64,000 nt of DNA from Myxococcota bacterium (GTDB lineage Bacteria > Myxococcota_A > Polyangia > Nannocystales > Nannocystaceae): contig JBCCHT010000022.1 of assembly GCA_039028615.1 (NCBI GenBank), positions 64,001-128,000 on the forward strand, read 5' to 3'. The position numbers were made by a program, and so were the translations under genes. Under the pieces are notes generated by a model. The model worked only from the letters and a program-made list of their open reading frames with translations, had not been told where the DNA came from and made no database searches. Of the stretch, positions 24,991 to 33,833 are shown in pieces. Each line of letters opens with the position of its first letter. The stretch's first letter is position 1.

Positions 24991-26390
24991 CCGGGCACCC
25001 AGGTGGAGTGAAAGCCGGTGGGGATGCGTTGAGGCAGCGAGAGCGAGGCTCGCCGCTCCATGGTGCCCGCATCCAAGACCACGCAGCGCGACGACTGTCC
25101 CCCGCGCTCGTGCACGAAGCTCACCAACCAGCCGTCGTCTTCCGCCGTGGCCCCCGGGCGCGGCACGAACACCGCCTCGTCGCCCACCGCATCGGGGCCG
25201 ACCGCATAGGTCTGGCTGGCGCCCGACTCGAGGTCGTACTTGATCCAGCCGTCGAAGACCAAGGTGGGCTCCGCGGCCAAGCGGGGGTTGTAGCAGTAGC
25301 GGCTGGGCTGGCCGAGGCGCTGGTCGTTCATGCGCGGGAACTCGGTGGCCACGTCGTCGAGCTGCTCGCCGTGCACCATCCCGGTGACGAGGTTGATGCG
25401 CCAGCGGTGCAGCAAGGGCTCGAGCTCGAGGAACTCCAGCCGCGCTCGCGTCTGCGGGCCGACGTCGCGCGAGCTGGGCATGGGGTCGTCCACGCGGCAG
25501 GCGACCACCACGACCTCGTCGCCCTGCTCGTAGCAATTGATGACGTGATAGACGTAGCAGGCGTCGGTCTCGAACCACCGGGTGGTGTCGGAGGTGGCGT
25601 GCCGGTCGATGATGCCGAAGCGGGCCGGCATGTCCTTGCGGTAGGTGATCTTGCGACGACCGCGGGCGAGCTGCTCGACGTCCCACATCATGGGCAGATC
25701 GAGGAACACGGTGTAGCGGGGCGTGATGCCGATGTCGTGGAAGAAGCGCGGCCCGGGCATCTCGATGGGGATCACCGGGCCCAGCGTGCCGTCGGCCGCC
25801 ACCACGCCGTAGCTCAGAAACGGCGGCGCGTGGAACTGGAAGTCGAAGATCATCATCTCGCCCGTGGCCGGATCGACCTTGGGATGCGCCGACATCCAGG
25901 CCGGGAGCGCATTGCCGAAGCGCTCGGGGCCCAAGGTCTTCAGCGAGGGCACCTCCAGGCTGACGGGCTCCCCACCCAGCCACCACAGCGCCAGCAGCTT
26001 GCCCTGGTGCCAGACCAGGTCGGTATTGGCCGTGTCCTTGATGGGCGAGATCGGGTGCCGCACGTCCATCGGCTCCATGATCCCCTTCCACATCGCCGTG
26101 CCCGCCTGGGTCTCGGCGTCGAAGTGCTGCGACTGGACGTAGCGGTTGGTGTAGCGCGCCGTGCCGTCGGCGAAGTGCACCCCGTGCACCATCGCGTCGC
26201 CGTCGAACCAGTGGTAGCGCCCCTCGACGGGGAAGCGCGGGTTGGGCCCGTTGCGCACGAACATCCCGTGCAGCTCGGCGGGCAGCTCGCCTTCGACCGC
26301 CAGCTCGACGCCGTCATGCTCGTGCTCGACCGGTGCGTAGATGCCTTGCAGGTACTCGCTTCGAGGCGGCGTCTCGGGGTTCGGGCGCAT
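24987..26390 (-). CDS. Carotenoid oxygenase (CCD / lignostilbene dioxygenase, RPE65 family)
   Basis: ATG 26390. GELP.EL.G.FVRNGPNP, HWFDGD, and four Fe-ligand His in SAHPK, FFHD, VYHVIN and GFHSTW. Also EFPR and DEAVFVP. Confidence 0.93.
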   Translation of the reverse strand: MRPNPETPPRSEYLQGIYAPVEHEHDGVELAVEGELPAELHGMFVRNGPNPRFPVEGRYHWFDGDAMVHGVHFADGTARYTNRYVQSQHFDAETQAGTAMWKGIMEPMDVRHPISPIKDTANTDLVWHQGKLLALWWLGGEPVSLEVPSLKTLGPERFGNALPAWMSAHPKVDPATGEMMIFDFQFHAPPFLSYGVVAADGTLGPVIPIEMPGPRFFHDIGITPRYTVFLDLPMMWDVEQLARGRRKITYRKDMPARFGIIDRHATSDTTRWFETDACYVYHVINCYEQGDEVVVVACRVDDPMPSSRDVGPQTRARLEFLELEPLLHRWRINLVTGMVHGEQLDDVATEFPRMNDQRLGQPSRYCYNPRLAAEPTLVFDGWIKYDLESGASQTYAVGPDAVGDEAVFVPRPGATAEDDGWLVSFVHERGGQSSRCVVLDAGTMERRASLSLPQRIPTGFHSTWVPG

Positions 26391-26432
26391 ACCAATGCTG
26401 ATACCATGCCGCGAAACCAGTCGGAGCCAACG

Positions 26433-27701
26433 ATGAACCGTGCCTTGATCCTCGGTGGAGCCCAGACCGATTTTGCGACCAGCTGGAGCCGCACGCCCAC
26501 GGGAGTGTTCGACCTGTTGCGCGACGTGGTGCCGCGCGGTCTGGAGGACGCCGCCGTCCCGCCCGAGGTCATCGCGTCGTTGGTGCCCGAAGGCCGCGTA
26601 GGCGTGTTCGTGGGCAATTTCGACGGCCAGGAATGGATGCGGCAAGGGCACCTGGGCGCCACGCTCAGCGAGGTGGACCCCGCGTTCGCCGGAGTCAGCG
26701 GCGCGCGCTACGAAGCCGCCTGCGCCTCGGGGTCGGTGGCCCTCGACGCGGCCGCCACCAAGATCCGCGCGGGCGAAATCGACCTGGCAGTGGTGGTCGG
26801 CATCGAGATCATGCGCTCGGTCGACGCCAAGAAGATCGCCGACTTCCTGGGCACCTGTGCGCTCTACGAAGACGAGGCCCGCGGCGTCGACTTCGTGTTC
26901 CCCAAGATGTTCGGGCAGATCACCGACCACGTGATCGAAAAGGCCGAGGTCCCCGAGTCGCGCATCGTCGATGCACTCACCCAGATCGCCCGCACCAACC
27001 ACGACAACGCCAAGCGCAACCCTCGGGCGCAGACCCGCCGCTGGGGTTTCGACGATGAGCGGGCCCAGCAGCGCGAGCGCGACTACAATCCGTACCTGGG
27101 CGGCCGTACGCGCTACCTCGATTGCTCGCAGATCACCGACGGCGGTGCAGTGGTCGTGCTCGCCTCCGAGAGCTTCGCCGCGGCGCATGCCAAGCGTACG
27201 GGCCGGGCGCGCCCCATGGCGGCCATCGAGGGCTGGGGGCACCGCGAGGCACCGATTCGCTTCCTGCCCAAGCTCGAGGCCTCCGACGGCAAGGCCAACC
27301 TGCTGCCCTGGACCCGTCGCGCCATCGCCGATGCCTACGCGCGAGCGGGGGTCACCGTCGATCAGATCGACGTCATCGAGACCCACGACTGCTTCACCGT
27401 CAGCGAGTACCTGCACCTGTCTGCGTTCGGCATCGCCGAGCCCGGCCACGAGTACCGGGCCGTCGAAGAGGGGCGCATCGGCCCGCAGGGCAGCCTGCCC
27501 GTCAATCCCTCCGGGGGGCTCATCGGCGCGGGGCACCCGGTGGGGGCCACAGGCGTGCGCATGGCCTTGGACCTCAGTCGGCAGGTCACCGGGCACGCGG
27601 GCGACACCCAAGTCGAAGGGGCCCGCCGCGGCGCCATGCTCAACATCGGGGGCAGCTTCACGACCAACATGTCCTTCGTGATCGGACGCGTGGAGCACTG
27701 A
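26433..27701 (+). CDS. Acetyl-CoA acetyltransferase, SCP2-type thiolase family
   Basis: EAACASG (catalytic Cys), DCSQITDG, ETHDCF, NPSGGL, GHPVGATG and NIGG. Start 26433 (or 26406). Confidence 0.9.
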   Translation: MNRALILGGAQTDFATSWSRTPTGVFDLLRDVVPRGLEDAAVPPEVIASLVPEGRVGVFVGNFDGQEWMRQGHLGATLSEVDPAFAGVSGARYEAACASGSVALDAAATKIRAGEIDLAVVVGIEIMRSVDAKKIADFLGTCALYEDEARGVDFVFPKMFGQITDHVIEKAEVPESRIVDALTQIARTNHDNAKRNPRAQTRRWGFDDERAQQRERDYNPYLGGRTRYLDCSQITDGGAVVVLASESFAAAHAKRTGRARPMAAIEGWGHREAPIRFLPKLEASDGKANLLPWTRRAIADAYARAGVTVDQIDVIETHDCFTVSEYLHLSAFGIAEPGHEYRAVEEGRIGPQGSLPVNPSGGLIGAGHPVGATGVRMALDLSRQVTGHAGDTQVEGARRGAMLNIGGSFTTNMSFVIGRVEH

Positions 27702-28636
27702 TGGGCGCTCGCATCACGGGGACCGGTTCGTACTTGCCGACGACCGTCGTGGGCAACGATGCCTTCGAGGGCCCGCAGTTTCGCCTGCGCAAGGGCAGCG
27801 ACCGACGCCACCATGCCTCGCCCGAGGAGACCAGCGTGGTCATGGGCAGTACGGCGGGCAGCCGGGCCCTGCGCGCGGCTGGGGTGGACCCCGGCGACGT
27901 CGACCTGCTGCTGTGTTTTTCGGGCATGCCCGACTACCAGTACCCAAAAGACGCCAACCTGCTGCTCGATCGCATCGGGCTGAGCAACGCCACCACGTGG
28001 TCCATCGACACCGCCTGCGCCAGCTTCATCTCCGCCCTGGCCTGCGCCCACTCGGTCATCGAGGCGGGGCTGCACCGCCGCGTGTTGGTGGTGATGGTGA
28101 TGAGCTGGGTCCACCGCGGCATCGACCCCCACACGGACTACTCGAGCCTCGGCGATGGGGCGGCCGCGGTGGTGGTCGAGGCCGACGAGACCGGCTCGCT
28201 CGTCGGCGTGCTCGAGCGCAACGACCCGGGCGCCTTCGACTTCGTCCGGCTGCGCTCGCCCTTCGCCACCGGGAACGAAGAGCACTTCGAGTTCAGCCAT
28301 GACCCGCGCTACCGCGAGTACTTCGGGGTCACCGTGCTCGAGCCCGTACGGCAGCTACTGCAGCGCACCGACACCGCACCCGAGCAGATCGACTGGTTCC
28401 TCCCCCACCAGGTGGGGCTCACGCTGCAGCAGCTGTGGGCCGACGCGCTGGGCATCGGGCGAGACCGGGGCCTGACCACCTTCCCCACTACGGGCAACAT
28501 GTCGGCGGTCAACATCCCGATGATCCTCGACCATCACCTGCAACCGGGGACGGCGAAGATTCAGCGCGGCGACCTCATGCTGTTGTTTGCGCCCGGGGCC
28601 GGCATGCACCTGAGCGCCATGCTCTGGCGCTTGTGA
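27701..28636 (+). CDS. 3-oxoacyl-ACP synthase III (FabH-like) family protein
   Basis: TGATG overlap with the thiolase. ITGTGSYLP and the triad DTACASF, PHQ, GNMSA. Also GDGAAA and GAG. Confidence 0.88.
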   Translation: MGARITGTGSYLPTTVVGNDAFEGPQFRLRKGSDRRHHASPEETSVVMGSTAGSRALRAAGVDPGDVDLLLCFSGMPDYQYPKDANLLLDRIGLSNATTWSIDTACASFISALACAHSVIEAGLHRRVLVVMVMSWVHRGIDPHTDYSSLGDGAAAVVVEADETGSLVGVLERNDPGAFDFVRLRSPFATGNEEHFEFSHDPRYREYFGVTVLEPVRQLLQRTDTAPEQIDWFLPHQVGLTLQQLWADALGIGRDRGLTTFPTTGNMSAVNIPMILDHHLQPGTAKIQRGDLMLLFAPGAGMHLSAMLWRL

Positions 28637-28666
28637 AGGGCGCGGCCCGATGCGCGACGAGGGGGT

Positions 28667-28727
28667 CTGCCCATGGGACATCCCGCGGTGTCCCATGGGA
28701 CATGTCCCCCCCGTGTCCCATGGGACC
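28667..28727. repeat. Cluster of three palindromes, consensus GTGTCCCATGGGACAT
   Basis: CCCATGGG cores at 28670, 28692 and 28717. Perfect TGTCCCATGGGACA at 28689-28702, with an overlapping GGGACATGTCCC at 28697-28708. Confidence 0.9.
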
Positions 28728-29687
28728 TCAGAACGCGGGCTTGGTCCACAGCCAGGTGTCGGGGTACGTCCACAGGTCGTCGGTGGGCTCGCAGCGCGGG
28801 ATGTCGCGGTCGGGGCACACGACGTCCTCGTAGGCCCACTGCGACAGCCGCGGGACGTCGAGGCAGGCCACGCCGTTCTCCGTCCAGAGCGCTTCGGTGG
28901 ACACCTGCGCGCCACCAAAGCCATTGAGGCCGAAGGGATCGTCGACGAGCAGCGGGGTGCCGCTGGCCGTCCACGAGACCCCGTCGCCGCAGTAGTCGGC
29001 CCGCACGGCCCGGACCGCCGTTTGGTGGACCTCGGGGGAGAACTCCCACGGCGAGTACCCCCAGGTCACCGCCTTGCCCACCGCGCCCGAGGAACAGCCC
29101 ATGTACAGCGTATCGGGGCGGTGGGTCAGCGTTCCGTCGGGCTCGACGTGCAGGTCTTGGAACAGCACGGCGGCGTAGGAGCCCTGCTCGTCGGCCTCGC
29201 AGGTCGGCAGCGCGACCCCCTCGGTCAGGTAGCTCTCGTAGGTGAACTTGTAGCGGCTGCGCGGGCCGTCATCGACGAAGTCGGCCACGCGCAAGGTGGT
29301 GACCACCGGACCCCAGCCGAAACGATGATCGTGCAGCGTCCACACCGATCCGATGAAGTCGTAGCCGTGGTACTCGGCTCCGCTCACGCCCGTGCCGTGG
29401 AGCACGCCCTCGGCGGTGGACACGTCGACCAGAACGTCGGTCGGGTCGGCGCCGATGGCCACCTCGACGACGGTGACGCCGTCCCATTTCTTGCCGCTGA
29501 GGTCGAGCGACGGCAGCGGAGCGCCGTTCACCTCGTTGGTGTTGAGCACGGGCGGACCCCAGACGCAGCCGCGGCAACCGGCGCGAGGTGTGGTCTCGAG
29601 ATCTTCGATGGGGGATTCGGTTTGGGCGCATGCGCTCGCCAGGACGAGCAGGGGGGCCAGGGCGACAGCGGGACGGAGCAAATGCAT
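28728..29687 (-). CDS. ADYC domain-containing lipoprotein
   Basis: Lipobox LASAC, C..GAVGKA..WGY.PW, signature VRADYCGDG..WT..GT, and EALW...G..CL..PR. Confidence 0.85.
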   Translation of the reverse strand: MHLLRPAVALAPLLVLASACAQTESPIEDLETTPRAGCRGCVWGPPVLNTNEVNGAPLPSLDLSGKKWDGVTVVEVAIGADPTDVLVDVSTAEGVLHGTGVSGAEYHGYDFIGSVWTLHDHRFGWGPVVTTLRVADFVDDGPRSRYKFTYESYLTEGVALPTCEADEQGSYAAVLFQDLHVEPDGTLTHRPDTLYMGCSSGAVGKAVTWGYSPWEFSPEVHQTAVRAVRADYCGDGVSWTASGTPLLVDDPFGLNGFGGAQVSTEALWTENGVACLDVPRLSQWAYEDVVCPDRDIPRCEPTDDLWTYPDTWLWTKPAF

Positions 29688-29812
29688 GGCGATTCAGCTT
29701 TGCAAATTTGGTGCACAAGTCGATGTCAAAGGTTCCGCGGATCGACGATTCGATTGCGCGCCAACCCCGTTGGCAAGGGCTGATCGCGACGTCGTCATGC
29801 TAAGGCTGGTTC

Positions 29813-32800
29813 GTGAGCGATTCCCCCGAACCGGTCGAGGTCGCGACCGTCACGTCGGGTCGAGTGAGCGGTGACGCGGCCACGCAGACTCGGTACGGGA
29901 CACCCCGACGGTCGGCCGACCGACCCGTCTCCGACGCTCGCATCGCTCACTTCGTGATCCTCGACAAGCTCGGTCAGGGGGGCATGGGCATCGTGTACTC
30001 CGCGTACGACGAGCGGCTCGATCGCAAGGTCGCGATCAAGGTGATGCACCCCGACCGGCGCTCGCAGGCCGACCGCGGTCGCATGCTGCACGAGGCCCGG
30101 GCCATGGCTCGGCTCAGCCACCCGAACATCATCACCGTGCACGAGGTCGGCGAGCTGCCGAATCAAATCTTCATCGCGATGGAGTTCGTGCGCGGCGAAG
30201 ACCTGCAATCGTGGCTGACCGCGGAGCCTCGCCGCTGGCCCGCCGTGCTCGACAATTTTCGCCGGGCCGGTCGAGGCCTGGCCGCGGCCCACGAAGCGGG
30301 CTTGGTGCACCGCGACTTCAAGCCGCACAACGCGATGATCGGCGAGGATGGCTCGGTCAAGGTGCTCGACTTCGGGCTCGCCTGGCTCGAGGAGCTGACC
30401 ACCACCGATCCTCGAGACTCGGAGGACGCCGACCCTCGCGGCAGCGGCTACACCCACACGGGGGCCGTGGTGGGCACGCCCGCCTTCCTCGCGCCCGAGC
30501 TTTACGGCCAGGAGCCGGCCAGCCCCCGCAGCGACCAGTTTGCGTTCTGCGTGGGGCTGTACTTCGGCCTGTACGGGCAGTACCCGTTCGTCGGCGACAC
30601 CCTGCCCTCGTTGGCCCAGGCCATCATCGACGGCGAGCTGCGGCCCCCGCCCTCGGGCAGCGACGTGCCGCCCTGGGTCCGCCGCACCGTGCTGCGGGGG
30701 CTGTCAGCCGACCCGGCCGAGCGATTCGAGAGCATGGAGGAGCTGCTCGCCACGCTCGCCGAGGACCCGGGGCGACGACGGCGGCGACGGCTGCTCGCGA
30801 CGACGGCCATCGCCACCGTCTTCGGGGGTGGCTTCGCGGTAGCCCAGCTCGGCGGCGGCCCGCTCGATCGATGCCCGGACGGCACGGCGGAGATGGCCGA
30901 GGCCTGGAACGACATGCGCAAGGACTTGGTGCAGGGCAGCCTGCAATCGAGCGGCTCGCCGCATGCCGACGACACCTGGGCGCGCATCGAGCCCGCGCTC
31001 GATGCCTACGCCGACCGCTGGATCGAAGGCCGCCATGCCGCCTGCGAGGACCACCGCCGCGGGGCGCAATCCGACGCGCTCTACGATCGCCGGGTCGAGT
31101 GTCTCGAGCACGGCCGCACCGGGCTGCAGACCTTGGTCGAGGTGTTCGAGCATGCGGACCCGACGGTCGTCGACCGGGCCGTGACCGCGGTCGCGGGGCT
31201 GCCCCCGCTTCAGCGCTGCGACGATGCCACCGCGCTGCTCGCCGCCGTGCCGCCGCCCCCCGAGGCCGTGGCGACCGAAGTGGCCCGCGTGCGGGAGCAG
31301 CTGGCCCGGGCCAAGGCCCACGAGGACGCCGGCCGCTTCGAGCCTGCGCACGTGCTGGCCGACGAGGCGGTCACCACCGCAAAGACGCTGAACTACCCTC
31401 CCCTGCTCGCGGAAGCGCGACTCCAACGGGGCAGCACCGAGATGGCGGCCGGTCGTGGGCCCACCGCCGACGAAGACCTCGCCCAGGCCATCTGGACGGG
31501 CATCGAGATCGGCCACGACGAAGTCGCGGCGCGAGCCGCCAGCCTCCGAATCTACGCCCGGGCGGAGCTGCTCGGTCGTTCCCTCGAGGCCTCGGCCGAA
31601 GTCGACTGGGCGGGGGCCGTCGTCAACCGAGCCCACGACGAGGTCCTGCGCGGGCTCTACCTCAACAATGCGGGCGCCGTGTTCCTGCGCAACGGCGAGT
31701 TCGACCGCGCCATGGAGTCGTTTCGCGCCTCGCTGGAGCTTCGCCGCCGCGTGCTGCCGCCCACGCACCCCGATCTGGCGCTGTCGCTGGCCAACCTCGG
31801 ACGCGCGGAGATCGACCGCCTGCACCCGGCCGCCGCCGCCCGTGACCTGCGAGCCGCGGCCGAGGGCATCGAGGTCGCCCTCGGCCCGCGCCACCCCTAC
31901 CGCGCCATGGTGGCGACCATGCTGAGCTCGGCCCTCACCGAGCTGGGCCGCTGGGATGAAGCCCACGCCGAGCTCGACATCGCCGATGCCATCCACGCCG
32001 AACGACCCCCGGATCCGCAGGCGCGGTACCACGGGCTCCAGGCCCGCGGTCGCGTCGCCCTGCGCCAGCGCTCGTGGTCTCAGGCGCACGATCGCTTTCG
32101 CGAAGCCCTCGACCTGGCCGAGCCCGTGGTGCCCTCGGAGTTGATGCTCGCCGATGCGCGCCTGGGACTGGCCCAAGCCCAGGTCGCGATGGGCACCATC
32201 GACCAGGGCCTCGCGCTCGGCACGAAGACCTTCGAGGGCGTGGAAGATGCGGTCGGTCCCGATCACCCCTACGCCGGGCAAGCGGCGGTGGCGATGGGCG
32301 ACATCCTGCTGCATGCCGAGCAGCCCGAGTCGGCGTTGAGGTACTACGAGCGGGCCCGCACCCAGGCCCGGAGCGCCGAACCGGTCAACGCGATCCACGT
32401 CGCGCAGCTCGGGGTCTGGATCGGTCGGGCTCACCTGGCCAACGACGACCCGAAGCACGCGCTCGCCGTGCTCGAGCCGAGCGTGGTGGCCCTCGCGGCC
32501 CTCGTCCCCGAGCACAGCCCCGCGTTGGTCGAAGCCCAGCGCGAGCTCGGCCTCGCGTACTTCGGCCTCGGTGATGCCCATACGGCCGCCTCGTGGTGGA
32601 CCCGCGCCGAGCAGGGCCTGGCCGCCTCACGCAAGGCCGACGACCCCGCGCTGGCGTGGCTGCGCTTCCTGCTGGCACGCACACGCGACGACGCGGCCAC
32701 CGGGCGCCGCGAAGCCGAGGCCGCGCTGGCGGTGCTGCAGACATTGGGCGGGTGGTCCGACGAGACGGCGCAGATCCAGGCGTGGCTGAACCGCCCGTGA
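29813..32800 (+). CDS. Membrane Ser/Thr protein kinase with C-terminal TPR repeats
   Basis: LGQGGMGIVY, VAIK, HRDFKPHN, DFG and GTPAFLAPE. One TM, a Cys-containing helical region, then TPR units (LNNAG.., L.P.HPDLA.SLANLG). Confidence 0.93.
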   Translation: MSDSPEPVEVATVTSGRVSGDAATQTRYGTPRRSADRPVSDARIAHFVILDKLGQGGMGIVYSAYDERLDRKVAIKVMHPDRRSQADRGRMLHEARAMARLSHPNIITVHEVGELPNQIFIAMEFVRGEDLQSWLTAEPRRWPAVLDNFRRAGRGLAAAHEAGLVHRDFKPHNAMIGEDGSVKVLDFGLAWLEELTTTDPRDSEDADPRGSGYTHTGAVVGTPAFLAPELYGQEPASPRSDQFAFCVGLYFGLYGQYPFVGDTLPSLAQAIIDGELRPPPSGSDVPPWVRRTVLRGLSADPAERFESMEELLATLAEDPGRRRRRRLLATTAIATVFGGGFAVAQLGGGPLDRCPDGTAEMAEAWNDMRKDLVQGSLQSSGSPHADDTWARIEPALDAYADRWIEGRHAACEDHRRGAQSDALYDRRVECLEHGRTGLQTLVEVFEHADPTVVDRAVTAVAGLPPLQRCDDATALLAAVPPPPEAVATEVARVREQLARAKAHEDAGRFEPAHVLADEAVTTAKTLNYPPLLAEARLQRGSTEMAAGRGPTADEDLAQAIWTGIEIGHDEVAARAASLRIYARAELLGRSLEASAEVDWAGAVVNRAHDEVLRGLYLNNAGAVFLRNGEFDRAMESFRASLELRRRVLPPTHPDLALSLANLGRAEIDRLHPAAAARDLRAAAEGIEVALGPRHPYRAMVATMLSSALTELGRWDEAHAELDIADAIHAERPPDPQARYHGLQARGRVALRQRSWSQAHDRFREALDLAEPVVPSELMLADARLGLAQAQVAMGTIDQGLALGTKTFEGVEDAVGPDHPYAGQAAVAMGDILLHAEQPESALRYYERARTQARSAEPVNAIHVAQLGVWIGRAHLANDDPKHALAVLEPSVVALAALVPEHSPALVEAQRELGLAYFGLGDAHTAASWWTRAEQGLAASRKADDPALAWLRFLLARTRDDAATGRREAEAALAVLQTLGGWSDETAQIQAWLNRP

Positions 32801-32801
32801 C

Positions 32802-33647
32802 ATGGGTGTACGATCCAGCGGCCCCATGTTCATCGTTACCGGGACCAAGCGCTCTGGCACCTCGATGTGGATGCAGATCCTGACCGCGGCGGGCCTGCCT
32901 GCCTTTGGTGAGGCCTTCCCTCGCAACTGGGACAAGACGCTCAAGGGGGCCAACCCCGACGGGTTCTTCGAGTCGATCCTGCGGCAGGGCATCTACTACC
33001 GCACCAACCCCCATCCGCAGTCGGGCGCGTTCTTCCACCCCAGCCAGGTGGCGCGCCACCTGGTCAAGGTTTTCATCCCCGGCCTCGTTCGAACCGACCT
33101 GGCGTACATCGGCAAGGTGGTCGCGACCGTGCGTCCCTGGCGGGAGTACCAGCGCTCGCTCGAGCGGCTGTTCGCCATGGAGGACGAGCAGCGCGGCCCC
33201 GATCGGCCTGCCCCCCCGCGCATGACCCCGTGGCTCGAGTGGTGGGAGGAAAACTTCGCGCTGATGCGCGACCTGATGACCCGCCGCTACGCGATTCACG
33301 TGCAGTCCTACGATGGCTTGCTCGCCGACCCCGAGGGGGTGATCGCCAAGGTGCTGAAGTGGATGGGCGATCCCGATCTCGATGCCAACGCGGCGATCGC
33401 CGCCGTGCGCCCGAGCAATCGTACGCAGCAGAAGCCCGAGGTCGACGCGGTGGAGGCCAAGTACGTCGAGGTCTTCGACGCGCTGTACGACAGCATCGAT
33501 CGCCAGCAAGGCATCGCCCGCACGCTGATGCAGCGGCTCAACGAGACCAACATCGAGCTGGCGCCACGCGTGCACGAGGAGCGGCGCCGACTCGGCCAGG
33601 CGCGTCGAGCCCGTCGCGAGGCCTCGCCGACCCCTTCGAGCGAATGA
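32802..33647 (+). CDS. Sulfotransferase-like P-loop protein
   Basis: IVTGTKRSGTS (PAPS 5'-phosphosulfate-binding loop-like), NPDGFFE, VRPW...RSL and YDGLLADPE. Start 32802 or 32826. Confidence 0.7.
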   Translation: MGVRSSGPMFIVTGTKRSGTSMWMQILTAAGLPAFGEAFPRNWDKTLKGANPDGFFESILRQGIYYRTNPHPQSGAFFHPSQVARHLVKVFIPGLVRTDLAYIGKVVATVRPWREYQRSLERLFAMEDEQRGPDRPAPPRMTPWLEWWEENFALMRDLMTRRYAIHVQSYDGLLADPEGVIAKVLKWMGDPDLDANAAIAAVRPSNRTQQKPEVDAVEAKYVEVFDALYDSIDRQQGIARTLMQRLNETNIELAPRVHEERRRLGQARRARREASPTPSSE

Positions 33648-33803
33648 TTGCGCGCGCCTTCCCGTCGAACCGGACACGACCGACCGCACCCACGACCAGT
33701 GGGCCGCGACAGCGGTGTCCGTGAGCCCGTCGCGGCAGCGACATGAATGTCGCACCGTCCGTCGAGAACTGCGTTCCGTTGGATAAATTACGGAGCAAAT
33801 GAG

Positions 33804-33820
33804 CTGGCCCGGAGCTTGCT
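33804..33820 (+). promoter_or_regulatory. Sigma54 (-24/-12) promoter
   Basis: CTGGCCCG-GAGC-TTGCT matches TGGCACG-N4-TTGCW with exact GG-N10-GC spacing, 13 nt before ATG 33834. Confidence 0.65.
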
Positions 33821-33833
33821 AACTGTGCGGGCC

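Noticed and set aside
24987..27701. Apparent ~900-aa ORFs on both strands suggesting fusions or full antisense overlap
   Set aside because: Each is a real gene (oxygenase from 26390, thiolase from 26433) extended through the stop-free antisense frame of the other.
28667..28727. CRISPR mini-array, canonical parS or MrpC site
   Set aside because: Repeats are 14-16 bp with 6-9 bp gaps and no cas genes are present. The sequence differs from parS, and the half-site spacing is N6 rather than the N8 of MrpC sites.
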